This document shows positions 18,627 through 26,358 of a stretch of DNA of 32,000 nt, piece after piece. Source of the stretch: Aliivibrio fischeri ES114 (GTDB lineage Bacteria; Pseudomonadota; Gammaproteobacteria; Enterobacterales; Vibrionaceae); assembly GCF_000011805.1 (NCBI RefSeq), contig NC_006840.2. One strand, 5' to 3'. Position numbers and translations under genes: made by a program. The notes under the pieces were generated by a model, which made no database searches, was not told the origin of the DNA, and saw only the letters and a list, made by a program, of their open reading frames with translations. How positions within the stretch are numbered: the first letter of the stretch is position 1; each line of letters begins with the position of its first letter.

Positions 18627-18643
18627 TCGTGTTTTAACAACCG

Positions 18644-20368
18644 TTACTCTTCAAATATTTTGTCGCGAATGGACCAAAACTTACCTTGCTTACGAGCAAT
18701 CACAAAGCTAGGTGGACGAAAACGGTGTTGGTTATTCGCGATTTTTGTTGCCGCCGTTTCTTCAAAAGGACGATGTCTATCAACAAGATGCGGGCGAACG
18801 AAACTCTTTAAGAATAGCTCTTTCTGCTTTTTGGTTGCCAATTGCCACACTTCATGAATTTCAGAATCATCATCTCCAAAATAGGTGACTTTTATTTGTG
18901 GTTTATTAAATTGATTTTTTCCTGCGGTTAATGTCAGGTCGATACAATTTAAGATCCGTGCATCTTTTAGTTTCAGGGCTTCTTTTAGCTTCTTATCTGG
19001 ATCAACTAAAATGGCATCGCATTCATGGCATACACGAGCTGCTATATCATTATCAGCGCCGCATTCATTACAATATTTGGCTCTAAAACGATAACCGCAC
19101 TCTTCACGTGTGCCTTCGTCATCTTCAAAATAACCTTGGCAGCGACGGCCAAAATGCTCAAGCAAAAAACCGTTACTGTCTAACTTGCCCCAGAAATTAT
19201 TATTAAAGCCGCAAGCTGGGCAGGGGATAGTAATGATTTCACTACTGCTATCAGGTTTCGGGTCGCCAACTTCTGGCTGATATAAATCATAACAGTTACC
19301 TGCATAATCTAAGACCGTACACTCGGTTTTACCTTCAGCAAGACGAAGCCCACGACCAACAATTTGTTGATATAAACTCACCGATTCTGTTGGGCGTAAA
19401 ATGGCAATTAAATCAACATGAGGCGCATCAAAGCCCGTGGTTAATACCGACACATTCACTAAAAATTTCGTTTCTTGATTTTTAAATCGTTGAATGATGG
19501 CATCACGATCACCCAATTTAGTATCACCAATAACCAGTTCAGACTCGGTTGGTGGCAATAAAGAAAGGATCTCTTGAGCATGGCGAACGGTAGCAGCAAA
19601 GATCATCACACCTTTTCTGTCTTTCGCGTATTCCACAATTTGCTGAACGATTTGTGGCGTCGCACGTTTTGATTCTTCAATCACTAAATCCAATTCTGAC
19701 TCTTTGTACTTACCAGTAGAAGCCGGTTTTAACTGTGAGAAGTCATAACTTAATACTGGTGCATCCAAGAGTTTTGCAGGGGTTAAAAATCCCTCATCTA
19801 ATAGATATTGAATAGGGAGTTCAAAAATACAATCACGGAAAAAGCGAGGCGTATCGGTTTTTACCTGTCCACGAGTGTGATACTGATAAATCCAACCAAT
19901 TCCTAAACGGTAAGGCGTCGCCGTTAACCCCAGTACTTTTATGCCAGAGTTTTGGGTCTGTAAGTGCTCAATAACTTTACGATAGCTGGTGTCTTTGTTA
20001 TCTGGAACACGGTGACATTCATCAATAACTAACAGAGAAAATTGATCTTTAAATTCATCAAGATTACGAACCACAGATTGCACAGAGGCAAATACCACCT
20101 GTTTATCGGTCTCTTTTCTACCTAATCCTGCTGAGAAAATCGCTCCCTCTAGACCATAACCTTCATATTTCGCATGGTTTTGTTCAACAAGCTCTTTAAC
20201 GTGAGCAAGTACCAATACACGACCTTTCGCTATTCGTGCTAGCTCTGCAATCACCAAACTTTTCCCTGCACCTGTAGGCAGTACAAGTACCGCAGGCGTC
20301 GTATGTTTTCGGAAATAATGGATAACCGCTTTAACAGAATCTTGTTGGTAAGGTCGTAACGTATACAT
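18644..20368 (-). CDS. radD: SF2 DNA-repair helicase RadD (YejH)
   Basis: MYTLRPYQQDSVKAV...LPTGAGKSLVIAELAR (Walker A), VIDECH (DEAH-like box) and the C-terminal zinc-ribbon Cys clusters (CPACGF...CNECG...CHEC) are essentially collinear with E. coli YejH/RadD as I recall it. The gene neighbours rplY, as it does in E. coli. Confidence 0.9.
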   Translation of the reverse strand: MYTLRPYQQDSVKAVIHYFRKHTTPAVLVLPTGAGKSLVIAELARIAKGRVLVLAHVKELVEQNHAKYEGYGLEGAIFSAGLGRKETDKQVVFASVQSVVRNLDEFKDQFSLLVIDECHRVPDNKDTSYRKVIEHLQTQNSGIKVLGLTATPYRLGIGWIYQYHTRGQVKTDTPRFFRDCIFELPIQYLLDEGFLTPAKLLDAPVLSYDFSQLKPASTGKYKESELDLVIEESKRATPQIVQQIVEYAKDRKGVMIFAATVRHAQEILSLLPPTESELVIGDTKLGDRDAIIQRFKNQETKFLVNVSVLTTGFDAPHVDLIAILRPTESVSLYQQIVGRGLRLAEGKTECTVLDYAGNCYDLYQPEVGDPKPDSSSEIITIPCPACGFNNNFWGKLDSNGFLLEHFGRRCQGYFEDDEGTREECGYRFRAKYCNECGADNDIAARVCHECDAILVDPDKKLKEALKLKDARILNCIDLTLTAGKNQFNKPQIKVTYFGDDDSEIHEVWQLATKKQKELFLKSFVRPHLVDRHRPFEETAATKIANNQHRFRPPSFVIARKQGKFWSIRDKIFEE

Positions 20369-20504
20369 GGATATATAAACAGTGGTTAAGGCAAAAAGGC
20401 ATCATATCAGAATATATAAGATTACTCTTTGTTTTCTTGCTAAGATTAAAACAGTTCTTATCTATCGCATTGGTTATTCAACATTAACAAAGGAAGTTTA
20501 TTCA

Positions 20505-22052
20505 ATGTCAGTGCTTAAACGCATTCATGTCACTCTATTTTTTGTCGCTATTCTTTCTGGCTGTGGTTCGCTTCCTAATGAAATTGAACACACGAACGAA
20601 TCGGTATCAGCACCATTAAGCAGTTCGCTTTCTGAGTTAAGTGCTTCTTTCCAAACAGTTCCCTCAACAGCAGAAACCAGTGCTGTTTTGTTGCAAGATT
20701 CGGGATGGGATGCATTAGCGCAACGTTTAGCATTAATTGAGACTGCAGAGCACAGCATTGATATCCAATATTATATTTGGAACTCAGACGCTTCAGGTCA
20801 TTACCTTGCCAGTCGTTTATTAGCGGCGGCAGATCGTGGTGTTAAAGTGCGTGTCATGCTGGATGATATCAATCTCAATGAACGTGAAGATCTACTTGTG
20901 GCATTAAACGCGCATCCTCACGTTGAGATACGAGTATTTAACCCTATTCCCACTCGCCGTGGCGTTACAAAGTGGGTGAACTTCTTAGGGGATTTTTCTC
21001 GTTTAAATCGTCGTATGCACAATAAATCATTCACCGTTGATGGCGTGTTCTCTGTTGTTGGTGGACGTAATATTGGTGATGAGTATTTTGATCTTTCTAA
21101 CGAGATTAACTTTCGAGACCGTGATGTGTTAGTTCGAGGTTCTGTCGTTTATGATATACAAACCAGCTTTATCGAGTATTGGGACAGCCGTTGGTCTTAC
21201 CCTGTGGATTTATTAGCAAAAGAAGCTTCGCAAGAACCACTCTTACAAAAACAACCAGTATTAGATGAGATTGATGCACCTGTTTATAAAAACTACCCAG
21301 CTTTACCAGAGGGAAATAAAACAGCGCATCAATACTTAACTAATCTAATGGATAAAATGACTTGGGTTAATGCTAAGTTCGTATTTGATCGCCCAGTACC
21401 GCTTGATAAAGACAATACCGATGAGCCTAAAGAGACCGCAAAAGCCCTCGGCAAATTGGCCAGTGAATCCAAGAAAGAGATCTTATTAGAATCGGCTTAC
21501 CTTATTTTTGATGATAACCAACTTAAAGGGTGGCAAGCGCTTATTAATACAGGTGTTGAGATAAAAGCGCTTACCAACTCAATGGCATCGAACGATTTAA
21601 CCACTAACCACTCAGGTTACGCAGGTCGCCGTCAAGATATGCTTGAGCACGGCATTCAACTTTATGAATTAAAGCCTGAAACAGAGCTATGTGAAGAGTC
21701 GACCAAAGACGTTTCTAAATGTGCACCAATATTACCTTATGGACTTCACGCCAAGTCCGCAGTTTTTGATGACAAAATCGCAAGTATCGGCTCTTTTAAC
21801 TTCAATTTGCGTTCAACGTACTTGAATACAGAATCGATTTTAATTATTGAAAATCAAAAAATCGCAGAGCAACTCACTCAAGATATTGAACACGCCATGG
21901 ATGAAGAAAATAGTTGGCACCTAAAACTGCAAGAAGGGGATGTTCGTTGGTATTCTGGTGATAAAAGTTGGGAAAGTGAACCAGAAACTGGGCGTTGGGA
22001 GCGATTTCAATCTGGATTCTTACAGTTATTACCAATAGAAAAGTATTTGTGA
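20505..22052 (+). CDS. Phospholipase D / cardiolipin-synthase-family lipoprotein with two HKD motifs
   Basis: Start at ATG 20505 with SD AGGAAG. Lipobox ILSGC. HKD motifs: RRMHNKSFTVDGVFSVVGGRNIGDEY and GLHAKSAVFDDKIASIGSFNFNLRS. Confidence 0.85.
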   Translation: MSVLKRIHVTLFFVAILSGCGSLPNEIEHTNESVSAPLSSSLSELSASFQTVPSTAETSAVLLQDSGWDALAQRLALIETAEHSIDIQYYIWNSDASGHYLASRLLAAADRGVKVRVMLDDINLNEREDLLVALNAHPHVEIRVFNPIPTRRGVTKWVNFLGDFSRLNRRMHNKSFTVDGVFSVVGGRNIGDEYFDLSNEINFRDRDVLVRGSVVYDIQTSFIEYWDSRWSYPVDLLAKEASQEPLLQKQPVLDEIDAPVYKNYPALPEGNKTAHQYLTNLMDKMTWVNAKFVFDRPVPLDKDNTDEPKETAKALGKLASESKKEILLESAYLIFDDNQLKGWQALINTGVEIKALTNSMASNDLTTNHSGYAGRRQDMLEHGIQLYELKPETELCEESTKDVSKCAPILPYGLHAKSAVFDDKIASIGSFNFNLRSTYLNTESILIIENQKIAEQLTQDIEHAMDEENSWHLKLQEGDVRWYSGDKSWESEPETGRWERFQSGFLQLLPIEKYL

Positions 22053-22072
22053 TTTAACGTTGAATAGGAACC

Positions 22073-22100
22073 TTGTGGTAATTTTTCGTTATTACCACAA
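22073..22100. terminator. Hairpin between convergent genes; possible bidirectional terminator
   Basis: TTGTGGTAAT-ttttcgtt-ATTACCACAA is a 10-bp perfect stem. It lies between the PLD stop (22052) and the barrel-gene stop (22134). No clear U-run on either strand. Confidence 0.4.
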
Positions 22101-22133
22101 ACCCTAACACTCAGTGTTTATTCATAAATCGAA

Positions 22134-22808
22134 TTAGAATGACATTCGTCCACCGACAGTCCAGCTATATTCGGTCTCTGTCATACCGTAGTAGGTACGG
22201 TTGGGATTAAAAGCGGATACTTTTGCGTATGGATAAATATGCCATACAGGGCGCATTGTACCAATTGACAGTTCCCATTCTGCTGCTTGTCCTTGGTTAA
22301 AATCAAGCATGTCCGATTTGTCTTCAGCATAGTGATATTCCAATCTGCTCGTAATATAAGTGTGCTGAAAATATTTAGCGGCAGCAAAATAGGTCGAATA
22401 CTTATTTGCATCATCAACGGTTATCCATGTAAAGCCATTACGAACAAACTCACTGGTGACACCAAATTTTGCAGAATACCCATCAAATAATCGAGCGGCT
22501 GAGAGCTCAATAAAGTGTGTATTGGTTTTAACGCCATCAATACCAGCTACTTCTGACATTAGCCAATCATCTCGTATACCGTATTCATAGTAAGACGCAA
22601 GTTTCCAGCGGGGGTTTACGAATTTATGATAGCCAATTCCTAGACCAACCCAGTTGTCATTGTCTCCACCAATATATAAATAGGTATTATTCGTTACTGC
22701 TGCGGTAACGCCAACTTCTACGACATCCTTTTCAATTGATAAATCAATTCCAGCAATAGCTGAAGTACAGAGCATCATTGCGCTGCAAGTCATTGAAATG
22801 GTTTTCAT
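22134..22808 (-). CDS. Outer-membrane beta-barrel protein; family not assigned
   Basis: 224 aa with a signal peptide (...CTSAIA/G). Alternating aromatic/polar strands are visible throughout, and the C-terminus ...WTVGGRMSF ends in Phe, the OMP beta-signal. Confidence 0.7.
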   Translation of the reverse strand: MKTISMTCSAMMLCTSAIAGIDLSIEKDVVEVGVTAAVTNNTYLYIGGDNDNWVGLGIGYHKFVNPRWKLASYYEYGIRDDWLMSEVAGIDGVKTNTHFIELSAARLFDGYSAKFGVTSEFVRNGFTWITVDDANKYSTYFAAAKYFQHTYITSRLEYHYAEDKSDMLDFNQGQAAEWELSIGTMRPVWHIYPYAKVSAFNPNRTYYGMTETEYSWTVGGRMSF

Positions 22809-22826
22809 GTGATAACCTAGAAAGGT

Positions 22827-22849
22827 GCTCCTAGTACGTAACTAGGAGC
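22827..22849 (-). other. Intercistronic hairpin between the lipoprotein and barrel genes
   Basis: GCTCCTAGT-acgta-ACTAGGAGC is a 9-bp stem sitting in the 50-nt gap. No U-run follows, so it is more likely a processing or stability element than a terminator. Confidence 0.45.
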
Positions 22850-22858
22850 GAGGGAACA

Positions 22859-23482
22859 TTAGTTTAAGCGAGCGCGAATTGAGTCACGGATAGTGTTACG
22901 GTCTATCTCTGGGCTTGAATTTTCCATAAATGGTCTTAAACCACCTTGAACAGTATCACCACCAATGATGATGGATTCACCATCAATAACAATTCCAAAG
23001 TCACCTTCATAGTCGCCTTGGCGAATGATACTTACGTAATGGTCATTACCGTCTTGGTCTTGAACAATCATAGACTGACCATGCCAGTCAACGTTCTTAA
23101 TAACGAATATATTGCCATTTGTATCTGTAATAGTGCTTCCTGAAATCGTGTAGCTTGCCTCTGGACCATTATCAATTGGTGGCATTTCAGGGCCGCCCCA
23201 TACAGGAGGTAGTCGATCTGGTGTATTCCCAGTGTCTAATCCCCAATCAGGTGTGTTATCGATGTCTGGAATCGATGGTACAGGTAGACCAAACTCAGGA
23301 TCAGCGAGTCCCCAATCAGGAGTATCACCAACATCTAAACCCCACTCTGGAGAGTTATCAATATCAGGAATAACAGGATTACCAGGGTTCGTTTGTCCAG
23401 AGCCACTAGAGTCGCTTGAAGAAGAACAACCAGACAGCAATAAAGCACCTGATACTACAACGGCTAAAAGAGATTTATTCAT
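22859..23482 (-). CDS. Lipoprotein with tandem Pro/Asp/Trp-rich repeats and an uncharacterised C-terminal domain
   Basis: Lipobox LLLSGC followed by a Ser-rich linker. Two 19-aa repeats, IPDIDNSPEWGLDVGDTPD (23315-23371) and IPDIDNTPDWGLDTGNTPD (23216-23272), are 15/19 identical. Additional P-[DEV]-[WF]-G-[LG] units follow. SD AGGTGA precedes the ATG. Confidence 0.75.
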   Translation of the reverse strand: MNKSLLAVVVSGALLLSGCSSSSDSSGSGQTNPGNPVIPDIDNSPEWGLDVGDTPDWGLADPEFGLPVPSIPDIDNTPDWGLDTGNTPDRLPPVWGGPEMPPIDNGPEASYTISGSTITDTNGNIFVIKNVDWHGQSMIVQDQDGNDHYVSIIRQGDYEGDFGIVIDGESIIIGGDTVQGGLRPFMENSSPEIDRNTIRDSIRARLN

Positions 23483-23931
23483 AATGTATCACCTAAAGTC
23501 TTATCAAAATTTACTGACTCTTCAATTGGTCAGTGCAGAAAATATCACCCTTTCCTTTGGCGCAATGACAGAGACTTTTTTGGTACATCAACAACCTAGT
23601 ACCATTAGACAAAAATCAAAACCACGCTGTTTGCAATCCATGCGAGTTATTTGTTGAGAGAGATTATGATAATTAGAGGAGGGGATATCTAATGATGATT
23701 ACTTTAGATAGTTATAAGCTTAGCTTATTATTAGTTTGTTAATTATGCCTATCAATAACTTATTCGCAGGAAAAGAACCATTTTCAAGGGCAGAAATTAA
23801 AAATGAAGAAAATGCGAAATGAACAAAGCATCAAAATAGTTAAAGAAAAACATCGATAAACGATACAATAGGTGAGTTGCAAGATGGCAGCATAAAAGAC
23901 TCATTCACATAAAACCGTAAAGTAGCCCTAT

Positions 23932-24435
23932 ATGTCTAAAGATTTTAGTGTCACCACAGAATACGTTCTCGACAAGACCTTCTTTGCAGAATGTTATGAT
24001 CAAACTAGTCAGCCGATTACCTTTCCGAAAGCTTATTTAAAAGGAATACTCTTTTTTCTTTTTGGTCTGGCGTTATTAAAACTTGAGCTATTACCTAATG
24101 GCTACATTGGTTGGTTTTTTATTGCGTTGAGTATTATTGAAGCGTTCAGTATTTACTTTAAGAGAACGTGGTGGCTATGGCGACAATCCATCAGTTCACT
24201 CTCTGGCAGTAAAGTGGTGTTTAACGTTGACGCAAATGGTGTGAGTTATAAAAGCCTTAAAAACACTAAAAATTCTCGCACCATCGCTTGGAGTGACATC
24301 GACCAAGTTGAACAAAGCGATTTAGGGCTTATTTTTCATATTGGAAAACAGCGCCAATACGTCAGTAAATCGTGCTTAAATGAAGAAGAAATCGCCTTTA
24401 TTTTAGAGCAGCATGAACAATCAAAAGTCGAGTAG
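23932..24435 (+). CDS. YcxB-like small membrane protein (two TM helices plus a C-terminal PH-like domain); function unknown
   Basis: 167 aa with two adjacent hydrophobic helices (ILFFLFGLALL..., GWFFIALSIIEAF). The C-terminal pattern IAWSDIDQVEQSDLGLIFHIG...YVSKSCLNEEEIAFI is typical of YcxB-type proteins. The family call is made from memory. Confidence 0.6.
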   Translation: MSKDFSVTTEYVLDKTFFAECYDQTSQPITFPKAYLKGILFFLFGLALLKLELLPNGYIGWFFIALSIIEAFSIYFKRTWWLWRQSISSLSGSKVVFNVDANGVSYKSLKNTKNSRTIAWSDIDQVEQSDLGLIFHIGKQRQYVSKSCLNEEEIAFILEQHEQSKVE

Positions 24436-24464
24436 TTCTCATCAAACTACATAATATTAGCAAC

Positions 24465-24495
24465 TCAAATGGTGCGATACTGTCGCACCATTTGA
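24465..24495 (+). terminator. Terminator hairpin after the YcxB-like gene
   Basis: TCAAATGGTGCGA-tactg-TCGCACCATTTGA is a 13-bp perfect stem followed by ATTTG, a weak U-tract. It lies between convergent genes. Confidence 0.65.
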
Positions 24496-24579
24496 ATTTG
24501 TAGTCTTTCATTCACTCTATTTAGTGATAAATGATTCTCATTGGTCGCTTTTTAAAGACTGTTTATCTTTATTAAACCG

Positions 24580-24837
24580 TTAACGTTGATTCATTTGTGC
24601 TTGTGCAGACGTCGCTCCAAGAGGAGTAATACGATACGGTCGTCCACCTTTAGAGCTGATAAGCTTTTTATTCTTCAGCTTTTTAAACGTGTCCATAGTA
24701 CAGTTAGATAGACCATAACCTTCTCGAGTAAAGCAAGTTATCTCTGTTAACTTTCCATCTTCATTTAGGTAACGGCGGATTTCTCCACCCATTGCAAGTG
24801 TGTGAAGCACTCGTTGTTCTTGTTTTGATATATTCAA
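24580..24837 (-). CDS. yjhX: YjhX/TopAI-family (UPF0386) protein, a topoisomerase I inhibitor-type toxin
   Basis: From TTG 24837, with GGAGA 6 nt upstream, the product is 85 aa: MNISKQEQRVLHTLAMGGEIRRYLNEDGKLTEITCFTREGYGLSNCTMDTFKKLKNKKLISSKGGRPYRITPLG.... It is collinear and equal in length with E. coli YjhX (MNLSRQEQRTLHVLAKGG...REG...FKKLKTKKLI...PYRI) as I recall it. The track's longer ORF (to 24912) lacks an SD. Confidence 0.85.
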   Translation of the reverse strand: MNISKQEQRVLHTLAMGGEIRRYLNEDGKLTEITCFTREGYGLSNCTMDTFKKLKNKKLISSKGGRPYRITPLGATSAQAQMNQR

Positions 24838-24964
24838 GGGATATCTCCGCGTATATTTTAAATTTTTCCTCATTGTTGATTTTGAAATTGTGTTTGTTCC
24901 ACTTGGAGCCAAACACGGTTTTTATACAATGCTAACTAGTGTTTTAATCAAAAAGTACCTTGTT

Positions 24965-25468
24965 TTAAATTTGTTCGTCTGGGTGACTCCACATAATTGG
25001 ATCCGCAAACACACCTTTAATGGTTGATGATGATTGACCAATACCATCAAGTGCATCAGTCGTTAACTCTCGAGCAAACCAGAAATCTGGTGATTCATCA
25101 GAACCGATAGGCAGTGCGACGTTATGTTGAGCATTAAAGCGTCGAGCGTAATGTTTTGGATCACCGAGAACGAAGATAACATCAGCACCTAATTCGCTTT
25201 CTGCTTGTTCCATTAATTGTGTGGCGTAGCCTTTACCTTGATGTTCAGGTAATACCGCTAATGGCGCTAATACAAAGCATTTTAGATGAGGGGCTTTATC
25301 AATCGTGATTGGTGTATAGCAGGCGTGCGCAACTCCTTTGTAGACGATAGAGTAATTACCTTCGTTGATTAAATTGTCTGCAAATTGGGCATACAGTTTT
25401 GCATGTGCTTCAGTATAAAAATCGTCAGCGTTAAATGCTTCAAATTGGATTTGATATGGTGTTTTCAT
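24965..25468 (-). CDS. GNAT-family N-acetyltransferase of the YhbS/COG3153 type (YjhQ-like putative antitoxin)
   Basis: From ATG 25468 the product is 167 aa. LAPLAVLPEHQGKGYATQLMEQAE...VFVLGDPKHYARRF...FWFARELTTDALDG aligns with E. coli YhbS (MAPLAV...YRGQGLARQL...VTLGDPALYSRFGF...FQVHRLADDALNG) as I recall it. Confidence 0.82.
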   Translation of the reverse strand: MKTPYQIQFEAFNADDFYTEAHAKLYAQFADNLINEGNYSIVYKGVAHACYTPITIDKAPHLKCFVLAPLAVLPEHQGKGYATQLMEQAESELGADVIFVLGDPKHYARRFNAQHNVALPIGSDESPDFWFARELTTDALDGIGQSSSTIKGVFADPIMWSHPDEQI

Positions 25469-25493
25469 TTTTATTCTCAAAATTGCCAAATAA

Positions 25494-25507
25494 ACCGACT
25501 GGTTGGT
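25494..25507. promoter_or_regulatory. Operator-like motif ACCGACTGGTTGGT upstream of the GNAT gene
   Basis: It shares ACCGACTGGnnGGT with the site at 26113-26126 and has partial dyad symmetry (ACC...GGT). It lies in the 89-nt tetR-GNAT gap, 26-39 nt upstream of the GNAT ATG. Confidence 0.35.
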
Positions 25508-25557
25508 TTGGTTTTTGGTGTTTAAAAAATCACGCATATATTGATGCGTGATAGGTT

Positions 25558-26100
25558 TTATTGACAGTACTTTTTAATGAACTCTTGTTTAATGTCCATT
25601 AATGGAAAGTCGTTGTTTAACAAGTAATTCATGGCTATACCATCTATCTCTGCGATAAACATCTTTGTGATGACTACTGGGTTTGAATAGCCCACCGCAC
25701 GAAATATTTCTTCTGCTGAGGTTTGTAATTGTTGATATCGGTCTTCAATCAGATCAGCGACGATCGCTCTTGTTGTTGGATGAACCATGACGCTGAAGTT
25801 AAATTGGTACATTTTTCTGTATTTAGCGACAGACATACCATCAAAAATTTCATGGATTGCAGCCTCAAGAGGATCTTCTTGAGTCGCTAAATGAACATCA
25901 TTTTTGTCGGTTTCTTCAATGATAGTGGTAATGTGTATAAAGACTTCTCTTAGTATGTCATTCTTATTCTTAAAGTGATGAAATACTGCGCCTTTTGAGA
26001 CTTCAGCCTCCTCACATATCAATGATACAGGCGTATTCTCAAAGCCATGTTCTGCAAATAACCTTGTTGCTGTTTCTATTATTTGGCTTTTTTTACTCAT
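25558..26100 (-). CDS. TetR/AcrR-family transcriptional regulator
   Basis: The N-terminal HTH is IIETATRLFAEHGFENTPVSLICEEAEVSKGAVFHHFKNKNDIL. 180 aa from ATG 26100, with SD GAGGTG. Confidence 0.9.
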   Translation of the reverse strand: MSKKSQIIETATRLFAEHGFENTPVSLICEEAEVSKGAVFHHFKNKNDILREVFIHITTIIEETDKNDVHLATQEDPLEAAIHEIFDGMSVAKYRKMYQFNFSVMVHPTTRAIVADLIEDRYQQLQTSAEEIFRAVGYSNPVVITKMFIAEIDGIAMNYLLNNDFPLMDIKQEFIKKYCQ

Positions 26101-26112
26101 ACACACCTCAAT

Positions 26113-26126
26113 ACCGACTGGACGGT
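26113..26126. promoter_or_regulatory. Operator-like motif ACCGACTGGACGGT just upstream of the tetR SD
   Basis: Shows dyad symmetry ACCG-N6-CGGT (10 of 14 positions symmetric). Same core as the site at 25494-25507. Confidence 0.35.
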
Positions 26127-26358
26127 CTGTAATTTACCAATGAGCATGCGTCACTGTCAAGAAATTATCTTGGTGATGAAATTTCATCGTTTTTAAATGG
26201 GGTTTAATTTGTTGTGATGCGAATAATACCTCTAATCTAATCACATTTTGATTTGAATAGCTGGGTTATTCGCATCACGAAATGATGTGAATACTTTTTA
26301 GTGGTGGGATGGGCTTGATAATTCACTCAAGCCCACAATCGAATTGAGATAAATTATT

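Noticed and set aside
18644-22052. An SF2 helicase next to a PLD-family (potential nuclease) gene could look like a two-gene anti-phage defence system.
   Set aside because: The helicase is collinear with the housekeeping repair helicase RadD/YejH and keeps its E. coli neighbour rplY. The PLD protein is divergently transcribed and carries a lipoprotein export signal, so it cannot act with a cytoplasmic helicase on DNA.
22946-23657. Plus-strand ORFs 22946-23143, 23155-23373 and 23232-23657 overlapping the repeat lipoprotein gene.
   Set aside because: They mirror the Pro/Asp/Gly-rich repeat codons of the minus-strand gene. That gene has a lipobox, an SD and a coherent domain layout, whereas the plus-strand ORFs have no signals of their own.
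24965-25468. The GNAT could be a tRNA-acetylating toxin of the AtaT/TacT type, with YjhX as something else.
   Set aside because: The sequence aligns along its length with the YhbS/COG3153 type of acetyltransferase. Its partner is a clear YjhX/TopAI homologue rather than an RHH/DUF1778 antitoxin. The E. coli precedent assigns toxicity to YjhX.
26175-26188. The 14-bp palindrome GATGAAATTTCATC followed by GTTTTT upstream of tetR.
   Set aside because: It is an AT-rich short dyad of low complexity. As a hairpin it would have only about a 5-bp stem. It shows no second copy and no relationship to the ACCGACTGG motif.
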